Source of the DNA: an uncultured Actinomycetes bacterium | GTDB lineage: Bacteria > Actinomycetota > Thermoleophilia > UBA2241 | Assembly: GCA_963755025.1 (NCBI GenBank) | Contig: CAVWIH010000028.1 | Coordinates: 32,001 to 96,000 of the forward strand | Length of the DNA: 64,000 nt | Direction: 5' to 3' | In this document: positions 1 to 9,767 of the stretch, in pieces | Position numbering within the stretch: the first letter of the stretch is position 1 | How the letters are laid out: each line of letters opens with the position of its first letter | Position numbers and translations under genes: made by a program | Notes under the pieces: model-generated | Databases searched by the model: none | The model's input: only the letters and a program-made list of their open reading frames with translations | Told to the model about the DNA's origin: nothing

Positions 1-69
1 GTCCTGTCATCGCTCCGGCGTGCGCCGGCCGCAGGGGCATGTACCCGCTTCGCCGCCAACGTTTCGAAC

Positions 70-96
70 CTAACCGTTCGCTAACCGTTCGCTAAC
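70..96 (+). promoter_or_regulatory. PHO-box-like direct repeat array (three CTAAC cores, 11-bp period)
   Basis: ctaaccgttcg-ctaaccgttcg-ctaac with cores at 70, 81 and 92. Same core and period as the boxes upstream of pstS at 3066/3077. Confidence 0.65.
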
Positions 97-210
97 AAAG
101 CACGCCGAAAGAGGGTCAGAAACCGCTGAGTGAGCAGTGGTTGCGAACGCTTGGCAGCGATCCGGACAGCGGTCGCGCGCGGCGGCGGCCTGGCCGGCGC
201 GCCTCTCTGC

Positions 211-245
211 AAACAGACCGGGCGGCCGCTTTCGCGGCCGCCCGG
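211..245 (-). terminator. Probable intrinsic terminator downstream of the first pstS
   Basis: Minus strand reads ccgggcggccgc-GAAA-gcggccgcccgg followed by tctgttt. Confidence 0.6.
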
Positions 246-382
246 CAGGGGCTTTCTACATCCGGCGCTCGTCCGGGACCTTCGTCGGAGCCCGCGGGCC
301 CCGACTGTTAGTCGGGATTGGGTCCGCCAGGGAAGGGGAGCCCGCCACGGACGGGACCGGCTAGCCCACTATCTGATCTGGG

Positions 383-1447
383 TCACCAGCAGGGCTTGCT
401 ACCGGCCTTGATGGTGGAGTGCCAGACCTTCTCGATCGCCGTGATGGCCTTGCTCGGTATCGGCACGAAGGTGAGCTTTTTCGCGTCTTTGACGCCGGTG
501 GAGCTCTTGTACGCCCAGTTGAAGAAGGTGAGCATGGCGTGGGCGGTCGTGTAGCTCGACTGGCTGCGGCGCACCAGGAAGTACGTCTCGCCGGTGATCG
601 GCCAGACGGTGGTCCCCTTCATGTTCTCGAGGTTGGTGACGAAGCCGTTCGACCACGTGTACGTCGCGTGGGCGCCAGCGGCCGCGAACGTGGTCTGCGA
701 CGGCATGACCCACTTGGAGGAGGCGTTGCGCATCTGGGCGTAAGCGATGTGGTCGGTGACGGCCCAGGCGTACTCGACGTAGCCGATGGCGCCCGTGTGC
801 TGCTTGACCGCCGTGGCGACGCCCGACGACTTGGCTGCGCCGACACCGGTGGGCCAGGAGATCGTCATACCCTGCCTGGTCCAGGCGCCGTCGGCCTTCG
901 TCAGGTACTCGGTGAAGATGAACGTCGTGCCCGACGAATCGGAGCGGTGGATGACGGTGATGCGGGTGCTGGGAAGGCTAAGCCCGGGGTTCAGTGACTT
1001 GATGCTGCTGTTGTTCCACGTGGTGATCTTGCCGAGGTAGATCTGCGCCAGCACGGTCCCGGAGAGCTTGAGCTTGCCGCTCTTCACGCCTGGGATGTTG
1101 ACGATCGGCACGATGCCCTCGATGCACGAGGGGAACTGCACAAGCTTGGCGCTGTCCAGCGTAGGGGTGGGGCCACTTGAGACGAGCAGTGGCTTGTCGC
1201 TCGCGCCGAAGTTGACGGTGCCGGCGACGATCGCGTTGATGCCCGATCCCGAGCCTACGCCCTGGTAGTTGATCTTGGCCGGGCTGTAGTTCGACGCCCA
1301 CTGCTGGTAGAGGAGCTGGGGCGCGGTCGCCCCGGCGCCGGTGATGGTCGTCTTCGCGAAGGCGGCCGAAGCGCCCGCCAGCATGACGAGACCGACACCG
1401 ACCACGATGCCGGCCCGCACGGGCCATGTTCTTGCCGATACTCTCAT
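383..1447 (-). CDS. pstS: Phosphate ABC transporter substrate-binding protein (secreted, no lipobox)
   Basis: Motifs GAGAT, YQGVGSGSG, FGASD, HRSDSSGTT, GAIGYVEY, WPITG. Signal peptide ends AFA. AGGAG ribosome-binding site upstream. Confidence 0.95.
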   Translation of the reverse strand: MRVSARTWPVRAGIVVGVGLVMLAGASAAFAKTTITGAGATAPQLLYQQWASNYSPAKINYQGVGSGSGINAIVAGTVNFGASDKPLLVSSGPTPTLDSAKLVQFPSCIEGIVPIVNIPGVKSGKLKLSGTVLAQIYLGKITTWNNSSIKSLNPGLSLPSTRITVIHRSDSSGTTFIFTEYLTKADGAWTRQGMTISWPTGVGAAKSSGVATAVKQHTGAIGYVEYAWAVTDHIAYAQMRNASSKWVMPSQTTFAAAGAHATYTWSNGFVTNLENMKGTTVWPITGETYFLVRRSQSSYTTAHAMLTFFNWAYKSSTGVKDAKKLTFVPIPSKAITAIEKVWHSTIKAGSKPCW

Positions 1448-1509
1448 CCTTGTCTCTCCTTTTGCTCTGGTCTTGCGCCCTCATGCACAGGCTCCGACTA
1501 ACGCCGCCG

Positions 1510-1607
1510 ACTCTATGGGGCGGCCGTGAGCCGCTCGTGACCGGCGGGTGAGGGGTGCAATAGATGTCCGTTGCGGCGTCGTGACGCCCTCGTGTGCGGG
1601 GCGTTAG
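1510..1607 (-). promoter_or_regulatory. PhoP-type promoter: -10 TAGAGT plus an in-phase 11-bp repeat array
   Basis: Plus-strand cores gtgag 1526, gtgac 1537, gtgag 1548, gttgc 1570, gtgac 1581, gtgtg 1592, gttag 1603, all on an 11-bp grid. The -10 (actcta, 1510-1515) lies 10 nt from the nearest core. Confidence 0.7.
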
Positions 1608-1806
1608 GGCCCGAGTGTCGGGCGAGGATCGCGACGTCGGGCGGCGGCGAGGGGCACTACGACGGGCGGCGGCGAGGGCGGCGGCGAGCGGAACGATGTC
1701 GGGCGGCGGCGGGGGGCGGCGGCGAGCACAACGACGACGGGCCCGCGTGAGCGGGCCCGTCGTCGACTTTTGAGCCGGGCGTGCGGCCAGTGCCGGCCGT
1801 ACGGGC

Positions 1807-2773
1807 TTACGGGGTGTCGAAGAGGAACCAGTCGGCCGGCACGTCGCTGCTGGTGCCCTTGGCATTGGTCACCGTCACGTCGACCGTGCCGGCTCCGACG
1901 GGGGTCACGCACGTGATCTGCGTGTCGCTGACCACGACGACGCTGGTGGCGGCGGTATCGGCGAAATCGACCGCGACCGTGCCGGTGAAGCCGGTGCCGG
2001 TGATCGTGACGGCCGTGCCGCCGGCGGCCGGACCCTCGTCAGGGGCGACGCCGGTCACCGTCGGGACGCCCGACGACGTGGAGGGGACGGTGAACGTGAA
2101 CGCGCCGGCCATTTGCGGGTCGCTCGTGCCGGCCGCCGTCGTGACGAACACATAGACGGTGGTGTTCACGCCGAGCAGGTTCGGGTAGGCGGCCGTCGTG
2201 GCCGTGATCGTCGTGGCGTTGACGACGGTGAAGCTGGCGGCGTCGACGCCGCCGAAGGTGACCTGGGTAGACGCCGGTGAAGCCGGTGCCGGTGATCGTG
2301 ACGGTCGTGCCGCCCGCGATCGGGCCAGATGCTACGTCGAGGGCGGTGATCGTCGGGAGCGGCAGCAGGTAGGTATAGCGACCGGCCTTTGCCTTCGCGC
2401 TCATCCCGGCCGCCTTGTTCACGACACGGACCAGCACTTCGCCGGCCGCGTGGCTTGGGGCCTTGACCGTGAGCCTGGTGGCGGACTCGACCTTCAGGTG
2501 GGTCGCGGTCCTGGTGCCGAACATGACCTTCTTGATCGTGCTCTTGCCGCTGCTCATGAAGTTCTTGCCGGTGATGGTGACGATGTTGCCGCCCGCGGTC
2601 GGGCCGCTCGCGACGGAGAGCCTGGTCACGACCGGGGCCTTCGTACCCGCGAAGGCGACGCTTGCCGACGCCAGGCAGATCAGCGCCGCGGCCAGCAGGA
2701 CGAGGCCGACCAGACCCGGCGCGAACCGCGTCCCTCGGTGTCCGGACGTATGGACTGAACTGCGTGTCCTCAT
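1807..2773 (-). CDS. Secreted IPT/TIG-repeat protein (three domains; one frameshift near 2269)
   Basis: Signal peptide ends AFA. Repeated GPxAGGxxVTITGxxF motifs are split between ORFs 2039..2773 and 1807..2169. Confidence 0.85.
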
Positions 2774-2830
2774 AGTCTTCCCTTCTGTAAGTGGCTTTCG
2801 CGCTTGGTGCGCCCCTCCTTGGGCGGGCCG

Positions 2831-2928
2831 ACTCTATCCAGTCGATATGAGGCCCGAATGAGCGCTGCGTGAGCCGCAGGCCACCGATCGGTTGGCCTCT
2901 CGCGAAGTCCTGGTGAGCACCGCGTTCG
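2831..2928 (-). promoter_or_regulatory. PhoP-type promoter of the IPT/TIG gene
   Basis: Same gccgactctat (-10 TAGAGT) as the first pstS promoter. Cores atgag 2847, atgag 2858, gtgag 2869, gttgg 2891, gtgag 2913, gttcg 2924 on an 11-bp grid with the same 10-nt offset. Confidence 0.65.
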
Positions 2929-3043
2929 CTACGCTTCGAACCGCGTCTGTCCGTCGGCGTAGGCTTCGGCGGGCCGATCAGGGCATCGCTCGCGCCGTTG
3001 CCCACGCTCGTCGCGCCTCGCGTGCATGTCACGGCTCGTCCGC

Positions 3044-3097
3044 CTCACGCGAAAAGCACCGCACGCTAACGAAGCACTAACCCGCTGCCGCTAGATT
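3044..3097 (+). promoter_or_regulatory. PhoP-type promoter of the pstSCAB-phoU operon
   Basis: Cores ctcac 3044, ctaac 3066, ctaac 3077 on an 11-bp grid. -10 TAGATT at 3092-3097, again 10 nt after the last core. Confidence 0.75.
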
Positions 3098-3148
3098 CCG
3101 CCCCGGCGGTCACCCGCCACAGTCCAGGGAAGGGATAAGGAGACAGCA

Positions 3149-4273
3149 ATGCGCAGACCACAGAGTTCGGGAAGATCGAAGAGGTTATGGTATTTGGCCG
3201 TCATGGCCGTGGCCCTCGTCACGGTCGCGGTCGCGCTCGCGGCGTGCGGCAGCTCGAACAACAACGCTTCGAGCAGCAGCTCGAGCCCGACGGCCGCTTC
3301 GGGCGGCTCGAGCTTCGTCGGCTCGGGCTCCACGTTCGCCCAGCCGCTCTACACGGCCTGGGCACAGACCTATCAGGGCGTCGCGGGCGACAAGCTGAAC
3401 TACCAGGGAGTGGGCTCGACCGCCGGCATCGCCGCGATCGAGGGCAAGACGGTGCAGTTCGGCGCGACCGACGCGCCGCTCACCGAAGCCGACTTGCAGA
3501 CGAACGGGCTGGTGCAGTTCCCCACCGCGGTCGGCGGGACCGTCGTGATCGTGAACGTGAGCGGCGTGACCGACGGCAAGCTCACGCTGAACGGCGCCAC
3601 GCTGGCCGACATCTACCTCGGCAAGATCACCAAGTGGAACGACGCCGCGATCACGGCGCTGAACCCCGGCCTTACCCTGCCCTCGACGCCGATCCACGTG
3701 GTGCACCGCTCCGACGGCTCGGGCACGTCCTGGATCTTCACGAGCTACCTGTCCGCCGTCTCGCCCACCTGGAAGAACCAGGTCGGCGCCAACAAGTCGC
3801 CCAGCTGGCCCACCGGCGCCGGCGCCGCGAAGAGCGCCGGCGTGGCCGCGCTCGTGCACCAGCTCAAGGGCTCGCTCGGCTACGTCGAGTACTCCTACGC
3901 AAAGCTGAACGCCATTCCCACCGCGAAGCTGGTGAACGCCAGCGGCAAGACGCTCGCCCCGACACTCGCGGGCTTCGCCGCGGCCGCCAAGAACGCGACC
4001 TGGAACGCGAGCCAGGGCTTCGCCCAGGCGCTCGTCAACGAACCCGGAGCGACCGCCTGGCCGATCACCGGCGCTACCTACGCGCTCGTGCAGAAAGACC
4101 AGCCCAGCGCCGCGACCGGCAAGACGATCCTCAAGTTCTTCGACTGGGGCTACAAGAGCGGCGCGGCCCAGGCGCAGAGTCTCGACTACGTGCCGATCCC
4201 GGTCGCCGTCTACACGCTGGCCGAGCAGCAGTGGTCGCAGATCACGGCGAGCGGCAGCCCGGTCTGGCCGTGA
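3149..4273 (+). CDS. pstS: Phosphate ABC transporter substrate-binding lipoprotein
   Basis: Lipobox LAAC. Motifs GSGST, YQGVGS, HRSDGSGTS, GYVEY. First gene of the pst operon. Confidence 0.96.
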   Translation: MRRPQSSGRSKRLWYLAVMAVALVTVAVALAACGSSNNNASSSSSSPTAASGGSSFVGSGSTFAQPLYTAWAQTYQGVAGDKLNYQGVGSTAGIAAIEGKTVQFGATDAPLTEADLQTNGLVQFPTAVGGTVVIVNVSGVTDGKLTLNGATLADIYLGKITKWNDAAITALNPGLTLPSTPIHVVHRSDGSGTSWIFTSYLSAVSPTWKNQVGANKSPSWPTGAGAAKSAGVAALVHQLKGSLGYVEYSYAKLNAIPTAKLVNASGKTLAPTLAGFAAAAKNATWNASQGFAQALVNEPGATAWPITGATYALVQKDQPSAATGKTILKFFDWGYKSGAAQAQSLDYVPIPVAVYTLAEQQWSQITASGSPVWP

Positions 4274-4291
4274 GCTGAAAGCGAGGCGACT

Positions 4292-4341
4292 GCGGCGGCG
4301 GGCGGCGGAGCCTGAGGCTCCGCCGCCCGCCGGCCGCTTTT
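4292..4341 (+). terminator. Strong stem-loop between pstS and pstC (partial terminator or mRNA-stabilising hairpin)
   Basis: cggcgggcggcggagcct / aggctccgccgcccgccg followed by gccgctttt. Confidence 0.65.
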
Positions 4342-4369
4342 CGCAAACCAAGATCAGGCGGGGCAAGAG

Positions 4370-5365
4370 ATGAGCACAGCCGAGATTGAGACAGGAACGC
4401 CGCCGGGCGCCGGCGGCGCCGCGACGCACGCTCGCCGCCATTACTTCTCGTGGGGCGACCCGCTCTTTCGCTGGTTCACCGTCGCCTGCGCGGCGGCAGT
4501 GGCCGTCGCCATGTTCGTGCTCATCGGCGTGCTGGTGAAGAACTCGTGGCTCGCCATCCACACGAACGGCGTCAAGCCCCTCACGCACGTCGACTGGGCG
4601 CCCGGTGCCAACCAGTACGGCGCGCTCTCAAGTCTCTTCGGCACGTTTCTGACGACCCTCATCGCCATGATCGTCGCGGTGCCGCTCGCCCTCGCCATCG
4701 CCCTCCTGCTCGTCGAGCTCGTGCACCCCGCCGTGTCGCGCGTGGTGGGCACCGCCATCGAGATGCTCGCCGCCGTGCCCAGCATCATCTTCGGCCTGTG
4801 GGGCTTTCTGGTCATCGCTCCGCTCATGGGCAACCACGTGGAGCCGTGGATCCAGACGACCTGGCTGGGGCACCTGTCGATCTTCTCCGGCACGCCCTTC
4901 GGCGACGACATCCTCACGGCCAGCCTCGTGCTCAGCCTCATGGTCCTGCCCTTCATCACGGCCGTCTCGCGCGACGTGCTCAAGATGGTCCCCAGGGTCA
5001 CCAAAGAGGCCGGCTACGGCATGGGCTCGACCACGTGGGAGGTCACGCGCAAGATCAGCATGCGCTACGCGCTGTCGGGCATCGCCGGCGCTGTGTTCCT
5101 GGGGCTCGGGCGCGCCCTGGGCGAGACCATGGCGGTGGCCCTGATCATCGGCGGTCTCACGACCGGCATCCCGCGCTCGCTGTTCTCCCAGGGCAGCTCG
5201 GTGTCGGCCACGATCGCCCTGAACTTCGGAGAGTCCAGTTCGAAGCTCGAGACGAGCGCCCTCATCGAATTGGCGCTCATCCTGTTCGTGATCACCATGG
5301 TGTTCCAGGCGCTCGCTCAGGCCTGGCTGGCACGCGCACGGCGCATGTCGGGGAGCCGGGCATGA
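4370..5365 (+). CDS. pstC: Phosphate ABC transporter permease PstC
   Basis: Motifs EMLAAVPSIIFGLWG and LGRALGETMAV. Multiple TM segments. Confidence 0.96.
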   Translation: MSTAEIETGTPPGAGGAATHARRHYFSWGDPLFRWFTVACAAAVAVAMFVLIGVLVKNSWLAIHTNGVKPLTHVDWAPGANQYGALSSLFGTFLTTLIAMIVAVPLALAIALLLVELVHPAVSRVVGTAIEMLAAVPSIIFGLWGFLVIAPLMGNHVEPWIQTTWLGHLSIFSGTPFGDDILTASLVLSLMVLPFITAVSRDVLKMVPRVTKEAGYGMGSTTWEVTRKISMRYALSGIAGAVFLGLGRALGETMAVALIIGGLTTGIPRSLFSQGSSVSATIALNFGESSSKLETSALIELALILFVITMVFQALAQAWLARARRMSGSRA

Positions 5366-6264
5366 GCGCCGTCGTGAACGTCGTACGGCCGCCCATGAGA
5401 CCCCGCCGGGTCGCCGGCCGCCGCCTGATGAACAGCTCGATCACCGTTGGCGCGTGGATAGCGGCGGCGATCGGCATCTTCATGATGGGCTGGATCCTCG
5501 TGACGGTCATCTCGCACGGTATTGGCGCCTGGGACTGGGCCTTCTTCACCAAGCTGCCGCCGCAGGGCCAGTACTCGCCCGGCCACGGCATCGCCAACTG
5601 CATCGTGGGCACCATCCTGATCACGGCCGGCGCGGCCGTCGTCGGCCTGCCGCTCGGCTTCTTCGGCGCGATCTACCTGTCGGAGTTCGGGCGCACCGGG
5701 CGCGTGGCGTCGGCGATCCGCGCCGTCACCAACATCGTGCTGGGCGTGCCGTCGATCATCGCCGGCATGTTCGCCTACGGTCTGATCGTGGTGCCCTTGC
5801 ACCACTACTCGGGGTTCGCGGGGTCGTTCGCGCTCATGTTCATCATGCTCCCGGTCATGACGCGCACGGCCGAGGACATTCTCAACCTGGTGCCCAACGA
5901 GCTGCGCGAGTCGGCCCTCGCCATGGGCGTGCCACGCTGGCGGGCCACCCTCGGCGTGGTCGTCAAGGCGGCGCGCAGCGGCCTGATCACCGGCGGTATC
6001 CTCGCCGTGCTGCGCGTCGCCGGTGAGACCGCGCCGCTGCTCTTCACCGCCCTCAGCAGCCCGTACTGGATGTCGTGGGGCGGCTCGTCGAGCTACTTCG
6101 GCGGGCCGACGGCCAACCTCACCATGTTCATCTGGAACAACGCGGCGGCGCCCGATCCCGGCCTGGTCCGCATGGCGTGGGGCGCGTCGCTGCTGATCAT
6201 CGTCGCCGTTCTCGGCGCCAACATACTCACGCGACTTCTCTTTCAGCGAGGCAAGGAATGGTAG
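5362..6264 (+). CDS. pstA: Phosphate ABC transporter permease PstA
   Basis: ATG at 5362 overlaps the pstC stop (ATGA). Motifs [26 protein letters not shown]. Confidence 0.95.
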   Translation: MSAVVNVVRPPMRPRRVAGRRLMNSSITVGAWIAAAIGIFMMGWILVTVISHGIGAWDWAFFTKLPPQGQYSPGHGIANCIVGTILITAGAAVVGLPLGFFGAIYLSEFGRTGRVASAIRAVTNIVLGVPSIIAGMFAYGLIVVPLHHYSGFAGSFALMFIMLPVMTRTAEDILNLVPNELRESALAMGVPRWRATLGVVVKAARSGLITGGILAVLRVAGETAPLLFTALSSPYWMSWGGSSSYFGGPTANLTMFIWNNAAAPDPGLVRMAWGASLLIIVAVLGANILTRLLFQRGKEW

Positions 6265-6269
6265 AGCTC

Positions 6270-7130
6270 ATGGACACGACCGAACCCGGTGCGCCGCCGT
6301 CCACCCGGCCGCTGCCCCCTCGGCTCGAGGTGAGCACGCCGGGGGCCGGCCACGAGACGACCGACTTCGACGCGCTGTCGAGCAAACTGTCGGTGCGCGG
6401 TCTCGACTTCTTCTACGGCAAGGAGCAGGCGCTCTTCGACAACCACCTCGAGATCAAGGAGCATCGCGTCACCGCGATCATCGGCCCCTCGGGCTGCGGC
6501 AAATCGACGCACCTGCGGTGCTACAACCGCATCTACGAGCTGTACCGCGACCAGAAGGCGGCCGGCGAGATCATGCTCGACGGCGAGAACATCCTGTCGT
6601 CCGGCACCGACCTGCTCAGCCTGCGCCGGCGCGTCGGCATGATCTTCCAGAAGCCCAGCCCGTTCCCCATGACCGTCTTCGACAACATCGCCTACGGGTT
6701 GCGGATGCACTTCAAGCTCTCCAAGTCAGAGCTCGCCGAGCGCGTCCAGGACGCGCTCAAGCGCGGGGCGCTCTGGGAAGAGGTCAAGAACAAGCTGGAC
6801 GAGCCCGGTCTCGCTCTCTCGGGCGGCCAGCAGCAGCGGCTCTGCATCGCCCGCGCGATCGCCGCCGAGCCCGAGCTCATCCTCATGGACGAGCCCTGCT
6901 CGGCCATCGACCCCGTCGGCACCGCCAAGATCGAGGAGCTCGTCCAGGAGCTCAAGTCCTCGTATACCATCGCGCTCGTCACGCACAACATGCAGCAGGC
7001 GGCGCGCGTGTCCGACTACACAGCCTTCTTTTTCGAGGGCCGTATCATCGAGTTCGGGGCCACCACCCAGATCTTCGAGAATCCGGCCCAGAAGCAGACC
7101 GAGGAGTACATCACCGGCCGGTTCGGCTGA
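6270..7130 (+). CDS. pstB: Phosphate ABC transporter ATP-binding protein
   Basis: Walker [10 protein letters not shown], signature [26 protein letters not shown]-terminal YITGRFG. Confidence 0.97.
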   Translation: MDTTEPGAPPSTRPLPPRLEVSTPGAGHETTDFDALSSKLSVRGLDFFYGKEQALFDNHLEIKEHRVTAIIGPSGCGKSTHLRCYNRIYELYRDQKAAGEIMLDGENILSSGTDLLSLRRRVGMIFQKPSPFPMTVFDNIAYGLRMHFKLSKSELAERVQDALKRGALWEEVKNKLDEPGLALSGGQQQRLCIARAIAAEPELILMDEPCSAIDPVGTAKIEELVQELKSSYTIALVTHNMQQAARVSDYTAFFFEGRIIEFGATTQIFENPAQKQTEEYITGRFG

Positions 7131-7141
7131 CAGGGGGACGC

Positions 7142-7855
7142 ATGACGCAGCTGCAACGCGAGATCGGCAACCTGAAGAAGAGCATCCTCACGCTGAGCGC
7201 TCTGGTCGAAGACAACCTGCGGCGCGCCCTGGCCGCCGTCGAGGCGCGCGACGAAGCGCTCGCCACCGAAGCCGTCGAGCGCGACTTCCCGATCGACCTC
7301 ATGGAGGTCGACATCGAGGAGGACTGCCTCAAGGCGCTGGCCCTCTACCAGCCCGTGGCCAGCGACCTGCGCTTCATCGTCACCACGATCAAGATCAACG
7401 CGACCCTCGAGCGCATCGGCGACCTGGCCGCCAACATCGCCGACGTCGCCCGCCAGCTCGCGCACATGGAACAGCCGGTCGTGGCCTTCGACATTCCCGG
7501 CATGGCGGCCAAGGCGCAGCGCATGGTCTCGAGCTCACTCGACGCCCTGGTGCGCTCCGACGGCGAGCTGGCGCGGGCCGTGCTGTTCGCCGACGACGAG
7601 GTCGACGACCTCGACAGCGAGCTCGCCGCGACGCTCACCGCCACCGCCCGCGAGCACCCCGAGTGGCTCGACCCGCTCATCCAGCTCCTGCAGATCTCGC
7701 GCTTCATCGAGCGCATAGCCGACCACGCCACGAGCATCGCCGAAGACGTGATCTACATGGCCGAAGGCGAGATCCCGCGCCATTCGGTGAAGCGCGCAGT
7801 GGCCGAAGCCATGGGGCTGCGCGGCCCGGCGATGCCGCAGCAGGGCGGCCGCTGA
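7142..7855 (+). CDS. phoU: Phosphate signalling complex protein PhoU
   Basis: Motifs QPVASDLR, LERIGD, ERIADHATSIAE. Follows pstB. Confidence 0.96.
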   Translation: MTQLQREIGNLKKSILTLSALVEDNLRRALAAVEARDEALATEAVERDFPIDLMEVDIEEDCLKALALYQPVASDLRFIVTTIKINATLERIGDLAANIADVARQLAHMEQPVVAFDIPGMAAKAQRMVSSSLDALVRSDGELARAVLFADDEVDDLDSELAATLTATAREHPEWLDPLIQLLQISRFIERIADHATSIAEDVIYMAEGEIPRHSVKRAVAEAMGLRGPAMPQQGGR

Positions 7856-7943
7856 GGCGGCCGGCGCTCGAGCGCCCGGTCTCGGCGGGCTGCGCCCGGC
7901 TCGGGCCTCGAACCCGCGCCGGCACGCCGCGAGGCGTCGGTCG

Positions 7944-9767
7944 CTAGCTCGCGGTGATGACGACCGTCGGGCTTGCGCCGGCCACGAGCTTGCTCGACTT
8001 GGCCGCCAGCACCCGCAGGTCGGTCGTGCCGGCCGCCTTGGGCGTCGTCCACGAGGCCTTGTAGGCGCCGCTGCTGTCGAGGGTGGCCTGCACCGCATCG
8101 CTCCAGGTGGTCGCGGTCGGCGCTTTGGTCTGCAGCCACACGGTCTTGACGGCCGTCGCCGGGGTGACCTTGCCGGTGAACGTGATCGCCGTGTCGACGG
8201 CGACCGATTCGCTCGCCGGCGCGATGGTGACCGCCGGCCTCACCAGGATCGTGACGTGGGTCGAGATGGCGGTGTGCCCCATGGGCGCGGTGAGCGTGGA
8301 GAAGTAGTACTGCGTCGAGGCGGTCGGGGTGACCTTGGCCGAGATGCTGGTGGAGGCCACGCTATAGCCGCCGAGGGTCGCCGAGGCGGCTTTCGCCGTG
8401 GCCCCGCGCGTCGACCAGGAGCCCCCGACCGGGAGCTGGTGGAGCGTCGCGACCTGGCCTGCGCCGAGCGCCGGATAGCGCTTGCCGGTGATCGTGGCGG
8501 CCTTGCCGTAGGTGATGGTGCGGGTGGCGGTCGGTGAGATCGAGAGCGACGTGAAGTAAGCCCAGGCGTCGCGCAGGGCCAGGTCGGAGCGCAGCTGGTA
8601 GCCGTTGATGGTCGCCGTGCCCTTGTCGCCGATCAGCAGGGCCTTGACGACGCGGGGCGAGGTGCCGCGCTTGAGCACGTAGACGGCGCGCAGCGGCCCC
8701 TTGCTGAAACCCAGCGCCGACGCGATCGACGAGGGCGTGCGGCGGATGGGGTTGTCGGGCCAGCTGTGGTACGGCGAGGTCGTGTCGTAGGGGTCGGGCA
8801 CGCCCTTGAGGTAAGGCACGGCCGCGGCGCTGGGCCACACGTTCTCGATGTTCTCGGTGTGGCCGCCTGAGGTGGAGAAGAAGTAGGCCACGATGGGCGT
8901 GCCGCCGTACATGGGCACGACGCCCCTGGTCGCGGACACGGCGGCGTTGCTCGAAGCCGCCTCGCCGTCGGCTCCGTCGTACATCTGGTCGGCCGTCGTG
9001 CAGTAGACGTCGAAGCTGTTCGAGCTGCCCAGCGACCGGTACGCGTAGGAGCGCGCGGCCACGGCCTGGGCCTTGAGGGCCTCGATCGGCCACGACGCCG
9101 GCGACTCGCGCGGCACGACGCCGTACAGGTACGACTCGAGGGGCAGCGTGTTGACGATCTCGAGACCGGCGCTCAGGTGCACGACGCGCAGGCGGCCGCG
9201 GTAGTGACCCACGACGCCGTTGTCGTTGGCGGTGAGCGACTTGAGTTTGGAGGTGACCGGCACGAAGGTGATCGGCACGGCCGGGCTGGCGACGGTCTTG
9301 CCGGCCACGAGCAGGTGGTACTTGCCCCCCGACCAGGTCACCGTGGCCGTCGCCCCGGCCGCGATGGTCTTGGTCGTGGAGCTCCAGGTCGCCTTGTACT
9401 TGGCGGCGTCGGTGACGGCGGCCGACGAAAGGCCGTCGCGCAGCAGGACGCGGATCGTGACGTTGCCCACCTTGCCCTTGGTCACGCCGGTGTAGTAGTG
9501 GGCGATGATGTTCCAGTAGGTCCAGCCGTGCAGGGCGTAGCCCTCGGCGCCGTACTGGCACATGCCGATGCCGTGGCCCCAGCCCCGGCCCTCGATCGTC
9601 ATGGTGGTCGAGCTGGCGGCCCGCGCGCCGGGCGCGAAGGCCAGCGCGGCCACGGAGACCGCGCCGCAGGCCGCCAGCGCGGCGAGGGCGACGAGCGCGC
9701 CGCGCAGGAGCGAGCTCTGCCGCCGTCGGGTGCGGGTCGAGGGGGCTGTCGGGTGGGTGCGGGTCAT
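7944..9767 (-). CDS. Secreted SpoIID/LytB-domain lytic transglycosylase with C-terminal beta-sandwich domains
   Basis: Motifs GRGWGHGIGMCQYGA, YLYGVVPRE, EALKAQAVAARSY, FFSTSGGHT, PYLKGVPD. Start chosen at MTRTHP. Confidence 0.9.
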   Translation of the reverse strand: MTRTHPTAPSTRTRRRQSSLLRGALVALAALAACGAVSVAALAFAPGARAASSTTMTIEGRGWGHGIGMCQYGAEGYALHGWTYWNIIAHYYTGVTKGKVGNVTIRVLLRDGLSSAAVTDAAKYKATWSSTTKTIAAGATATVTWSGGKYHLLVAGKTVASPAVPITFVPVTSKLKSLTANDNGVVGHYRGRLRVVHLSAGLEIVNTLPLESYLYGVVPRESPASWPIEALKAQAVAARSYAYRSLGSSNSFDVYCTTADQMYDGADGEAASSNAAVSATRGVVPMYGGTPIVAYFFSTSGGHTENIENVWPSAAAVPYLKGVPDPYDTTSPYHSWPDNPIRRTPSSIASALGFSKGPLRAVYVLKRGTSPRVVKALLIGDKGTATINGYQLRSDLALRDAWAYFTSLSISPTATRTITYGKAATITGKRYPALGAGQVATLHQLPVGGSWSTRGATAKAASATLGGYSVASTSISAKVTPTASTQYYFSTLTAPMGHTAISTHVTILVRPAVTIAPASESVAVDTAITFTGKVTPATAVKTVWLQTKAPTATTWSDAVQATLDSSGAYKASWTTPKAAGTTDLRVLAAKSSKLVAGASPTVVITAS

